A stretch of 64,000 nucleotides of DNA, taken from positions 141,010-205,009 of the IMG/VR virus record IMGVR_UViG_3300044632_001003. The stretch is one strand, 5' to 3'. This document shows positions 1-10,500 of the stretch, piece after piece; within the stretch, counting starts at the first letter, position 1, and every line of letters starts with the position of its first letter. The position numbers were made by a program, and so were the translations under genes. The notes below the pieces were generated by a model that was not told the DNA's origin, ran no database searches, and saw only the letters and a program-made list of their open reading frames with translations.

Positions 1-1745
1 TATTGAAGATTTGTGTTTGACCATGGAAAATCACCAGTATTTTGGTTTTCTGCCAGGAGTTGATCAAGTGAAGTAAATCTATGGTAAGATTGCACACCAA
101 CACCATAAATCATTCCCGTACTTCTCTGTTTAATAAACAATCTTGGATTATTCTGGTCATTACTTAGCCAAAAATCTTCAACATCATTGTATAAGTCTGT
201 AATATTCCATAAGCTCCTAAGACCAGATCCTGACACCTCAAGAGATCTAGCTCTATCCCACCAAACTTTTTGCATTGGAGAAAATCCTGTTCCACCATTT
301 GGCTCATCCCCATCGTATGAACCAGAACTATAAAGGTTGGAACCAATCCAATTAAGAAGTCCAGCCATGTGCAAAACACCATCATTTGTAAGGACAACTG
401 TAGTATAGTAAGTATTATATCCAGCAGTTGCTATTTTTTTAATTCCGCCATGCTTTTCCCAATTATATAAAACTTTTCTTGGAGCACCAGTGTATTGGTC
501 ATTACCAACACCAAGTTGGTCATTACCATTCCATCCCCAACCCCATAGATTGCCATCTTCATCTTGAGCAAACCCATACTGATAGTTACCACCAGCTAAC
601 CAAAAATCTAAAAGTTTTCGGTTATCAAAATATTGCTGAGGAATTCTAGCTGGAACATAGCTATTAAACCAGTTATTATTATACCTAAAGTTTCTACCTA
701 GTCCAGAGTATCCGTTATATCCCCAAGTCCATAGCCGACCATCAATATCCAGAGCACCATTAACACTACTTGAGTTGTTAGCATTAGACGAAGAACTTGT
801 TCCAATCTTAATTGCCTGAATATCCCTTAAAAATCCCTGACCTCTACTCCCTTGAGAAGCCTGATACTGTTGAATTTGTTGGTTATAATCGAAACCACCA
901 CCAGTATTGTTTGTTCGACCAACTCTTCTCGAATAATATCTGTTAGTTGTTCCACCATCACCATGCTCCCCTGAACCCATCCAACCAGCCCAGAAAACTT
1001 CTCCATTATCAAATAAGAATCCATACATGTGTTGGTCATCACCAACGATTTGAATACATCTTGGTCTTGACCAAGTTGTACCCTGAGTTACACTAGAGTT
1101 TCTATAATTATCATAGTGGTCCCACCACTGGAATGTTGATTCAGCTGGATTATGTTGAGACGCACCAACTCCATATTCAGACCCACCATATCCATAGCTA
1201 CTATGGCGACCTATATGAACTGCTTCAAACTCACCATTAATAAACGAATATCCCTGGTTAGATAAAGCACCATTATCTATTCTTCCAGGAATATGCCCCA
1301 TATTTCTATCATTCCAACCCATAGGGTTGCGATTATTAAATTGTAGGATTCTATTTTCTTTATTCTGATTTGAACTAGCACTAATTCTTTGCCAATATGT
1401 TGTTGCTGATGTTCTTTCGTAGATAGGATGAATCATCCTACCATGCTTCATACAAACATAACGATCGCCATTATAATTTACTACATCTCCTGGATAGTAA
1501 GTTCCATTCTCCATCCACTGACCAGTCCACATATAACCAGAGGAATATCTATCCCATCCCTGCGTATCATTTTCTGGTTTATATTTTTCACCATATAAAT
1601 TATTTTCAGCATACTTATCGGTTTTACAAATATAAGCGGCACCATTAACTCTTATAACATCATTTTTAGTATAAGAAACTCCTTCTCTCCACTCTCCACG
1701 GTAATTTAGAGTTAAATTATTAGCAAGACTAGTTAGCTTTTCCAT
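1..1745 (-). CDS. RCC1-repeat putative tail/receptor-binding protein, partial (runs off the left edge)
   Basis: Not in the ORF track (no stop in window). Manual translation from ATG 1745 gives MEKLTSLANNLTLNYRGEWREGVSYTKNDVIRVNGAAYICK, with later WTWGYNGYSGLG and WGWGWNGNDQLG RCC1-type repeats. Paralogous to the genes at 2496 and 5014. Confidence 0.8.
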   Translation of the reverse strand, partial: MEKLTSLANNLTLNYRGEWREGVSYTKNDVIRVNGAAYICKTDKYAENNLYGEKYKPENDTQGWDRYSSGYMWTGQWMENGTYYPGDVVNYNGDRYVCMKHGRMIHPIYERTSATTYWQRISASSNQNKENRILQFNNRNPMGWNDRNMGHIPGRIDNGALSNQGYSFINGEFEAVHIGRHSSYGYGGSEYGVGASQHNPAESTFQWWDHYDNYRNSSVTQGTTWSRPRCIQIVGDDQHMYGFLFDNGEVFWAGWMGSGEHGDGGTTNRYYSRRVGRTNNTGGGFDYNQQIQQYQASQGSRGQGFLRDIQAIKIGTSSSSNANNSSSVNGALDIDGRLWTWGYNGYSGLGRNFRYNNNWFNSYVPARIPQQYFDNRKLLDFWLAGGNYQYGFAQDEDGNLWGWGWNGNDQLGVGNDQYTGAPRKVLYNWEKHGGIKKIATAGYNTYYTTVVLTNDGVLHMAGLLNWIGSNLYSSGSYDGDEPNGGTGFSPMQKVWWDRARSLEVSGSGLRSLWNITDLYNDVEDFWLSNDQNNPRLFIKQRSTGMIYGVGVQSYHRFTSLDQLLAENQNTGDFPWSNTNLQ

Positions 1746-1754
1746 AGATTATTG

Positions 1755-2483
1755 TTATTCTGGAGATGAAGTTGGAGACCATCTAGTAAAGTTAATCATA
1801 TCATTAGGATCAGATGGTGGTGGTATATCTTCTACTTTTGTTATTTGTAAAATAGTTTGCTCTTCACTGGAAGGAGTTGTTGATATACCCAAGTAGTTTA
1901 GATATTCTGGGTCTTCAAAGTATTTATCCCTAATATTAGGATTACGCTGTAGTATTCTACGACAATAATCATCACCTAAAGATTCAGATAGTGACTCTGA
2001 AGTTTCAAATCTTATATCAAATAATTCTTCTTCAGTTGTATTAGAAAGTATTTCCAAATCACCACTATATCTTTCTTGTTCTGGATTATCTGGATCCATA
2101 ATCGCATCCACATCTGGAATATAAAATGCGGTTTTCAAAATATCCATTGTATAGTTTGGATGAATCGAATAATAACTCCTTTGTTCTGTATTTGGAGATG
2201 TTTGTGCAACGATTGTTGTATTAGCAACTCCAATCATGTTGCCAGATCTAAGTAATAAAATAACCTCAGGCTCAATCTGAAAATCTGGGTCTCTGACTTC
2301 AATTTCAGTTTTTTGCATTTCTTCTCCAATCTTTTCACCACCCTCATCAAAAATATAACAACATACATAATCGGTTCTGATACCAATAATAGGAGGTTCC
2401 TTTGGAAGACCAATATCGGGCCAGTTCATTGCATCATATGCTGAATTAATGGATATAATTTTTCTTTCAGTATTGATAGCCAT
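1755..2483 (-). CDS. Hypothetical acidic protein in the fibre cluster
   Basis: 242-aa ORF with GGAGG RBS, packed between RCC1-repeat genes. Confidence 0.7.
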   Translation of the reverse strand: MAINTERKIISINSAYDAMNWPDIGLPKEPPIIGIRTDYVCCYIFDEGGEKIGEEMQKTEIEVRDPDFQIEPEVILLLRSGNMIGVANTTIVAQTSPNTEQRSYYSIHPNYTMDILKTAFYIPDVDAIMDPDNPEQERYSGDLEILSNTTEEELFDIRFETSESLSESLGDDYCRRILQRNPNIRDKYFEDPEYLNYLGISTTPSSEEQTILQITKVEDIPPPSDPNDMINFTRWSPTSSPE

Positions 2484-2495
2484 TTTGTTTCCTCC

Positions 2496-5000
2496 TTAAC
2501 CTGCCCAATTCAATGATGGAACTGTCCCATAAACGGTTCCACGATAAGAAGCGAATCCCCAGTCATAGTTACGTCCTGTTTGCATTACTTCTCCATTATC
2601 AAATAAGGTTTGACTTCTAACATTATGATTCACTCCAAGAGTTCCCTCATAATCTCCTGTGCTACTTATATCTATACAAGCGGACCCACCCCAAGGATGA
2701 GAATCATATGCTGTCATTGGATTTGCCATATAATATGGAGCATGGATTTTTCTTGCAACAGCGTATTGTGATTGTCCATTTTGTTGGTGCCTTGCATTAT
2801 TGTTTGCGATTGTAGAATCTCTACCAATTCCACCAACACCATATCCATTCCAACCTGTTGCATAGACATAACCCTTTTGATCAAGGAAGTGTTGTGTCGT
2901 GCCACCCGATCTACCAGCAGAAGACATACAAACAATATTTGTAAGTGCTTGTGTTGAAGTATTTCCTGGACCAAGAATAATGTTTGGAGATGTTCTAGAA
3001 GATGGTGCAGAACCTGTAGTTAAATTGTAATGACCATCATAACCAACACCATAAGTATTTCCATTCTGAGTTCTATACCAAATATGCCCATATCCACCAT
3101 CATCAATATCTACCCATACATTTACAATTTGTGCAGCACCAGTCCATGATGTTCTTCTTGTAATTGTTGAAGAGTTACTGTTATTCGTTGTAGTGCCATC
3201 ACCCAATTGACCATATCCATTGTATCCACATGTCCAAACGTATCCTTGACCATCAAGAAGTGCGATGGTATAAAGATTTTCTGAAGAAGCAACAACAAGT
3301 TTTTGAATACCACCATAAGTGTTCCAATTGACGGGAACTTTGAGAGGAGTATATGAGCGGTCAGAATCCCTGAATCCACTGTTTGTTGGATACATCAATT
3401 GACCTTGATGATTGTATCCCCAAGACCAAAGGTTTCCTGCTTCATCAAGTGCGTATGAAGTTCTATGTCCAGCCCAAATATCTACGATTCTATTTCCACC
3501 GAAGAAGAAATCTTTATTCATTGTATGAATCAACCAGGCACGGTTGTTCACACCCATACCATTATCTTCAAAATAATAAATGTCTGGAGAATTACCACTA
3601 CCAGAAGTGGTTCCAGAGTCAGAAGAAATACCACACTGACCTGTATCGTTTCTACCCCAGCAGTGAATCTCACCATATTCATCAAGAGCAATACAATGGG
3701 CATCACCGTCTCTAGATTGATGTCCACCAGTTACAAGTTTTACGATTGAACGATTCTTGAATGCTTTTCTAGGAATTGTAAATGCAGCTTGAGTTGCCTG
3801 ACCATCATCGTTGGAGTAACCGTCACGACCATGGTTTGACTGACCTGAAACATGAACTCCGCCATCAGAAGTTAGGTGCCACCTATTATCATTCCAAGCT
3901 TGCATAGATTGGATAATTCTAGGTGTTCTTCTCGTCATATGGAATGGGTTATTTCCAAAGTTTGCCCATTCACCACTGTTAAAATCAATGTGATATGGTA
4001 CATCATTTTCTTGAGCCTCGATGTGAGCACCACCATCACTATGCATATAAGCATTACTAGTTCCACTCTCAGCCATAATGACGCCCTCGCCATTAATAAA
4101 CTGCTCAGAGTTTCTATATGACATATGACCTTTATTCCATCCTGGATTCCATCTCCAGGCATGGACTGAAGTTGATCCGATTCCTAAAGATGTATTCCAA
4201 GGAATATTTCCATTCCATCTATTAACCGTTCCCCATTGTGGTCCAAGAATATATGGATGACCTTTCCATCCAAAAGGTTGGTTATTGACAAATCCAAGGC
4301 AACGGTCTGATGGCATTAAGTCATCACCTCTTGAAAATACTTCCCATGCGCCAAGATGATCAAATAAGGGATCAACGTTTGAATGTCCTACACCACAAAT
4401 GTAAGATGAATTCCTTCTCTTAACAATATCTCCAGGATAATATGTGGTTCTTTGTGACCATGTTCCAACATGAGCTGTTCCATCAGAATATAAGTCCCAA
4501 TCAACTTCATTGGTTGCAATCTCATATTGACCCATCATTCTTCTTGGTCCAAGAACAATTGGGTCATTAGTTACAACTGCAGTATTGAGCCCAACACTCG
4601 TTAGATATAGGACAGCAGTTGTTGAGGTAACTGTACCAATTGAGGTAATCCCAGCATAAGTATCAAAGTGTTTTGAGTAAAGTCTTAAACCTGTTCTAGG
4701 AGACTGATTCCATGGACCTTTTGGTGCCTCGGGATAATATGATGTTACAATTCCTGCTGTTTGAGTTTGAGGATTAAATCCTGTAAAAGTAACAGTAACA
4801 ATGCTTGTTTGAATCCCCAAACTAGCAATTGATCCATTTAAAGTTGGAAGTACAATTGGAGCATGTGCTTTGGGGACATCATTTTTGTAGATATAAAGTC
4901 TATCTTCAAAGGTTACAATGTCACCTTTGCTATAAGTTGTAGCAGGAACGTATGCTCCTCTATGAACAAATTTAACTTTTCCTAGTGTTACGACGGCCAT
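2496..5000 (-). CDS. RCC1-repeat (beta-propeller) protein with N-terminal CBM5/12-like repeats; putative tail protein
   Basis: CWGRNDTGQCG, WSWGYNHQGQL and WTCGYNGYGQLGDG repeats; N-terminal RGAY..TTY.KGDIV motif. Confidence 0.8.
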   Translation of the reverse strand: MAVVTLGKVKFVHRGAYVPATTYSKGDIVTFEDRLYIYKNDVPKAHAPIVLPTLNGSIASLGIQTSIVTVTFTGFNPQTQTAGIVTSYYPEAPKGPWNQSPRTGLRLYSKHFDTYAGITSIGTVTSTTAVLYLTSVGLNTAVVTNDPIVLGPRRMMGQYEIATNEVDWDLYSDGTAHVGTWSQRTTYYPGDIVKRRNSSYICGVGHSNVDPLFDHLGAWEVFSRGDDLMPSDRCLGFVNNQPFGWKGHPYILGPQWGTVNRWNGNIPWNTSLGIGSTSVHAWRWNPGWNKGHMSYRNSEQFINGEGVIMAESGTSNAYMHSDGGAHIEAQENDVPYHIDFNSGEWANFGNNPFHMTRRTPRIIQSMQAWNDNRWHLTSDGGVHVSGQSNHGRDGYSNDDGQATQAAFTIPRKAFKNRSIVKLVTGGHQSRDGDAHCIALDEYGEIHCWGRNDTGQCGISSDSGTTSGSGNSPDIYYFEDNGMGVNNRAWLIHTMNKDFFFGGNRIVDIWAGHRTSYALDEAGNLWSWGYNHQGQLMYPTNSGFRDSDRSYTPLKVPVNWNTYGGIQKLVVASSENLYTIALLDGQGYVWTCGYNGYGQLGDGTTTNNSNSSTITRRTSWTGAAQIVNVWVDIDDGGYGHIWYRTQNGNTYGVGYDGHYNLTTGSAPSSRTSPNIILGPGNTSTQALTNIVCMSSAGRSGGTTQHFLDQKGYVYATGWNGYGVGGIGRDSTIANNNARHQQNGQSQYAVARKIHAPYYMANPMTAYDSHPWGGSACIDISSTGDYEGTLGVNHNVRSQTLFDNGEVMQTGRNYDWGFASYRGTVYGTVPSLNWAG

Positions 5001-5013
5001 GATTTATACCTCC

Positions 5014-7512
5014 TTACATGTGTGTATATCTAATGTGATTTATATTGCCTCTACCACCTTGTGATACAAGTCCTCCACAATATCCATTATTACCTGTATT
5101 ACCATTTTGTGTCCCAAATACTTGACCAGTTCTAAGGTCTGCATAGAATCCATTCTTTGAAGCAGATGTTCCAGATACATCATAGAACCAGTTGCCCCAT
5201 GCAGCATAAGGCTCATACATATTATTTTTTAGTCGAAAGTTGGCATCAATTCTGTTTGGATCTTGGTCACCTCTTGCATTATAAGAATCATTTTGACAGT
5301 TGCCAGATACACCATTATCAAATCCACCATGGAACCATTGACCAAGATTGTTCTTGGCTCTAGCAGCAAATGTTGAGTCATAACGATAAATTGCAACTTG
5401 AATGTGTGAACTGCTATGACCTTGATTAGAAGTCACAGACATTACATTTGTTGCGTTACTTCCATTATTAATTTGAACGTTTTGAAGTGTTGATTGATTG
5501 GTTGTACTGTTTTGAGAAATACTTAAATTATAATATCCATTATAACCACAAGAGTATAAAGTATTGTTGATAATCGAACTTCCCCTTGTGAGGTACATGA
5601 ACATGTGACTGTTTCCACCTAGTTGCCAAACATCAATACAGTCAGTAAATGCAGTTCCTTGTCCTGTACCTTTGTTTCCTGATGTGCTAACAGGGTTTGA
5701 TGCACCAGAGTACCCACTTGTTCTTACCTGAACAGGAACATATGTATTGAAGGTATGGTTGTGCCCTAGACCCCCATAACCATTATATCCCCAAGTAAAG
5801 ACTGTGCCATTACCTTTGAGTAGAGCACAAGTTCCATGAGAACCACCACCGTTTATACTGAACTTTCTAACCCTACCGTTGGTTCCAGTTAATGTTCCAA
5901 TATCATTGGCATCAACACGAACGAGAACTGATTGGTTTGTTGTGTTTCCATTTCCAATTTGTCCATATCCATTGTATCCACATGCATACAAGTGGCCCAG
6001 ATCAGTTAGAACATACAGTTGTCCATAGTTTCCACCAGTTGCCCAGATTGAAACAACTCTACCATAAACACCAGCACTAAAAGTAATCTGAGTTGGAACC
6101 TGTCTGTTAGTGGTATCATTAAGACCTAATTGACCATAACCATTGTATCCCCATGACCAGATTTCTCTACTTCCGTCAGTGGGATTTTCAATCAGTGCAT
6201 ACATTGCATGGGATTCGTTGTTATCTCCACCAGATGCAGCAGCAATACGAATTGCTCTCTTACCCCTCAAAGCAGTGGTTCCAGAAATATTAATATTGAA
6301 ATATCCACATCTTACTGGTTGTTGCGTGAAATTATTAGTATAGTTACCTCCACTATTTCCATTACCATTATATCCCATATAATGAACTTCGCCATTATTA
6401 AAAAGAACTAATGTATTATATCCACCACTTTCAACTTGAATAACTTTTGGATATTCACCATCTGGAGTTGGTAAGACACCATCAAGATAATCAAGATTCA
6501 CAAACTGAGCCATTGCCAACATATTATCGGTTGGACTCTGACCATCTGTGGAAGTGCCTCCAGATGTATAAACACTTTCTCCAATATTTACGAATTGATG
6601 TCTGCGATTTACATATCGCATATTGTATCTACACTGGTGCGTTCCATACGCCTTAGCAGGTCCAATACTATCACCCATTCCAACTAAAACTGTTCTTCCT
6701 GTTGCACCATCAGTTGAGTTAGTCGTGACGTTACAACCAAATGTTGGTAATGCACCACCACCATAAACACCAGTGTATCCTGTAACAGTTGTATCTACAC
6801 TGATGGTTGGAGTTGAAGTATAACCACTTCCAGGATCAATAATATCACATTGAAAAACAGCTAGAGTTGCAGCATTAACATGGGCAACACCAACAAACCC
6901 ACTTCCACCACCACCAGAAGCAGTCAATCTTAACATAGCAGTGCTTGGACTTCCTGTTCTACCATTAACAGTATTTGTTTCTCTAATTAAAGACCCTGCA
7001 GTGTTGTAGAAAACGGTATTGATTGTTCCAATAACTGACTGACTTCTTGCATTCCACAGTGGCTTGTAGGGTGGAGTATATCCCTCATTCATCCCCGCGA
7101 GGAATGCATTCTTTCGATACATTCCACCTTCAGATAATAATGCCCATTGAGTACCATCGTTTGTCAGTGGGTTATAGTTTGTATTTGCTTGCTTACAAAT
7201 ATAAGTATAGGTATCATAGTATTTCCATATAGAGTTGTATGCATATTCTGGATATACAGTTACAATATCATTTAATTGATATGCCGTTCCAGAATTCCAT
7301 TCGCCCCTTTCTCTTGTCAAACCAGAAAGTTTTTCCCAAATTGCTGAAGAAGCAACTCCTGGAACTTGAGAACCACTAGAGTTTGCTGTCTTACAAAGAT
7401 ATTGGGAACCAACATAAGTTACGATATCATCTACGGTATATGATGATGAGGTATTATATTCACCTCTAACATTATACCTAACTTTTCCAATAATACTTGT
7501 TGTAATTGCCAT
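5014..7512 (-). CDS. RCC1-repeat protein with N-terminal CBM5/12-like repeats; putative tail protein
   Basis: WSWGYNGYGQLG, ACGYNGYGQIG and FTWGYNGYGGLG repeats; RGEY/RGEW...Y...DIV N-terminal repeats. Confidence 0.8.
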   Translation of the reverse strand: MAITTSIIGKVRYNVRGEYNTSSSYTVDDIVTYVGSQYLCKTANSSGSQVPGVASSAIWEKLSGLTRERGEWNSGTAYQLNDIVTVYPEYAYNSIWKYYDTYTYICKQANTNYNPLTNDGTQWALLSEGGMYRKNAFLAGMNEGYTPPYKPLWNARSQSVIGTINTVFYNTAGSLIRETNTVNGRTGSPSTAMLRLTASGGGGSGFVGVAHVNAATLAVFQCDIIDPGSGYTSTPTISVDTTVTGYTGVYGGGALPTFGCNVTTNSTDGATGRTVLVGMGDSIGPAKAYGTHQCRYNMRYVNRRHQFVNIGESVYTSGGTSTDGQSPTDNMLAMAQFVNLDYLDGVLPTPDGEYPKVIQVESGGYNTLVLFNNGEVHYMGYNGNGNSGGNYTNNFTQQPVRCGYFNINISGTTALRGKRAIRIAAASGGDNNESHAMYALIENPTDGSREIWSWGYNGYGQLGLNDTTNRQVPTQITFSAGVYGRVVSIWATGGNYGQLYVLTDLGHLYACGYNGYGQIGNGNTTNQSVLVRVDANDIGTLTGTNGRVRKFSINGGGSHGTCALLKGNGTVFTWGYNGYGGLGHNHTFNTYVPVQVRTSGYSGASNPVSTSGNKGTGQGTAFTDCIDVWQLGGNSHMFMYLTRGSSIINNTLYSCGYNGYYNLSISQNSTTNQSTLQNVQINNGSNATNVMSVTSNQGHSSSHIQVAIYRYDSTFAARAKNNLGQWFHGGFDNGVSGNCQNDSYNARGDQDPNRIDANFRLKNNMYEPYAAWGNWFYDVSGTSASKNGFYADLRTGQVFGTQNGNTGNNGYCGGLVSQGGRGNINHIRYTHM

Positions 7513-7516
7513 ATTA

Positions 7517-10500
7517 TTATACCGCTGTCGTTACTTGTAAGTATCCAGTCGAACTGATGGACATTGATATGGATGCTGTAAGAGCAAAGAAATCGGCAAG
7601 GATTGGTGCTCTTGTATCACGAACAAGTGGGTTAGTGTCATTTGCTTCATAAGTATCAGAACCTGTAATTGCAGTCAATCTGAGGTTTCCATAATCAGAA
7701 ACATCATTCTTATCAGTATTTATAGCCAAATAATGATAGGCGTTTGTGCCCGTATTATTTACCCAAACGGTTCCCGTTCCCGTTGAGGATAGAAGTTGTC
7801 CTGAAGTTCCTGCACTGTTTGTTCCATCACGAAGTCTATTCTTGAGTTGGATATTTTGTTCAATAATAGTATCACCAGCATTATCCATGGTAACTGCAAG
7901 AGTTCCCCCTGGAGTTGTATTGCTTGTAATATCACTTGTGTTGTTTGTATAGAATCTAAATCTACCTCCAACTGCTGTTCTACCAGCAACAAGGTAGTTG
8001 TCACCATTATTTCCAAAAGCAATACCATTCCACCAGAAGGTTCCAGAGTAACTATTATCCGCTGAAGTATATGCGACTCTATGGAAAGATCCACCTACAG
8101 GTTGCCCAAAATTACCAGAAGAAGTTAATAAACCAAGTGTTGTGTAAGAAAGTGATCTACCAGCAGATCCTGCAGCAGCATTATAGAATGTAAATCCTTG
8201 GTTGAATAGTAAATATGAGGAGGTATCGGTTCCTGGAGCAATATAAGATCCACTAGTTGTAGTATGCCTTACGTTATAACCAATACCACCATAAGAACCA
8301 CCAGAATAACCAGCGACAAGACCACGACCTTCAGTGCCACCAGAACCTAAGTTAATATTGTAAGTTCCAGTGAAGTCATAGTGGTTTGATGCAGCAATGT
8401 TAGCAACACTCAAAACATTAGTGCTTGCATTAAACGCAAATGCAGTCGCAGTTGATCTACTCTTAGGTGTTGCATTAGACCCAAGAGTTGAGACCATGAC
8501 AGGATATAGAGTCGTGGTCGAAGTATCATCTATCGATAGAATTGCATTCGAAGGTCCAATTAGACCTTGAGTGCCCTGAGTTCCTTGAGTTCCATTATTA
8601 CCTTGAATACCCTGAGGTCCTGTGGTCCCCTGAAAACCTTGAATTCCCTGCCGACCCTGAATACCTTGAGTCCCTTGAGGACCTGTAATTCCTTGGATAC
8701 CTTGAGCACCAGTAATACCCTGAGTACCCTGAACACCTTGAATACCTTGCGAACCCATAGGTCCAAAGGCAAGATTATTGAATGCAAGGTTTGAAGTATA
8801 AATTGAGCTATCAAGGAATAAAGCACTTCCTGGAGAGCGATTAACTTGTCTCAGTAGAGTTCCATTCAGATAATAGCGAACGGTTGTTCCATCATAAAGA
8901 ACGTATGCAGTATCCGTAGCAGTGTATGTTCCTGACGAATAAACAGAAGTTCCACCCTCATAAATTGAGACTGTTCCATTATCAAAGTAGAAAGCATAAT
9001 CAATCGATGAGAAACTAGTATCAGTTGTTGGGTCTGAGTTAAGACCAAACATTGCAAAACCAGTTGTTGAAGATATTCTTGCGGTTGCATAGACACCAAG
9101 AACATATCCCTGAACAGAATAGACTGAGGAATCCCAAGAAGCGTTTGTGCCACCAGTCTTTGTGAATGTTGAAGAGTCTGTAGTAGATTGAGTTACATTA
9201 ACAAGAACAGGAGTCCAATCGGAACCACCACGAGTTCCAGTAATACCTTGTACTCCTTGAGAACCAGTGGTTCCTTGCGTTCCTTGAGAACCAGTGGTTC
9301 CTTGTGTTCCAGTTGTGCCTTGAATACCTTGCCTACCCTGAATACCTTGAGCACCCTGAGTTCCCAAAGTTCCAGAAATACCCTGAATACCCTGAGTACC
9401 TTGAGTTCCAGTCTGTCCCTGAATACCCTGAGTACCTTGAGTTCCAGTCTGTCCCTGAATACCCTGAGTTCCTTGAACTCCCTGGATTCCTTGACGACCT
9501 TGAACACCCTGAGCACCAGTTGCACCATCAATACCCTGTCTGCCTTGTAATCCTTGAGAACCTTGGGTGCCATTTGCACCAGCAGTTCCTTGAGCACCTA
9601 AGACGCCTTGAATACCCTGAACACCTTGATTTCCAAGTGTTCCCTGAACACCTTGAACACCCTGCTCACCAGTAGTTCCTTGTGTGCCTTGACGACCTTG
9701 AACACCTTGGAATCCTTGAGAACCATCAGTTCCCTGAGTACCTTGGCGACCTTGAACACCCTGAGCTCCAGTATCTCCAGTGATACCCTGAAGACCCTGG
9801 CGACCCTGAATACCTTGATCACCTTGAACACCTTGAACACCTTGAGTTCCTTGAATACCCTGACCACCAACTGTACCCTGAGTTCCAACTGTTCCTTGAG
9901 AACCTGTTACACCTTGGAATCCTTGAATACCTTGAGCTCCTGTGGTTCCTTGGGCACCTGTAATTCCCTGAACACCTTGCTCACCTTTAATACCTTGAGC
10001 ACCCTGCTGACCAGTCGTTCCTTGGATGCCCTGAATACCCTGACCACCAGTGGTTCCTTGTGTTCCCTGCTGACCTACTGTACCTTGAGTACCTAATAGA
10101 CCCTGAACACCTTGAACACCTTGAATACCTTGACGACCTTGAGTGCCTTGCTCACCTTGGATTCCTTGAGCCCCCTGTCTTCCTTGAACACCCTGGATAC
10201 CTTGCTCACCTTGTGTCCCCTGAGTTCCCTGAACACCTTGTTCTCCAAAATTACCTTGAATACCCTGAATACCTTGACGACCTTGTGTGCCTTGGACACC
10301 TTGAATTCCTTGCTGACCAAGATCACCTGTTCTACTAAATTCTACAGAAAGTAGTTCATTGTTAGAAGGTAAAGTTCCAGAAATAAAGGTAACACCAATA
10401 GTATAGTAACCAGTACTATTAGTTACTGAATCAATTTGCCATACATTAACTATTGTTCCAGTTGGAGAAGCTGATGTAATTACTAAGTATCCCTTGACAG

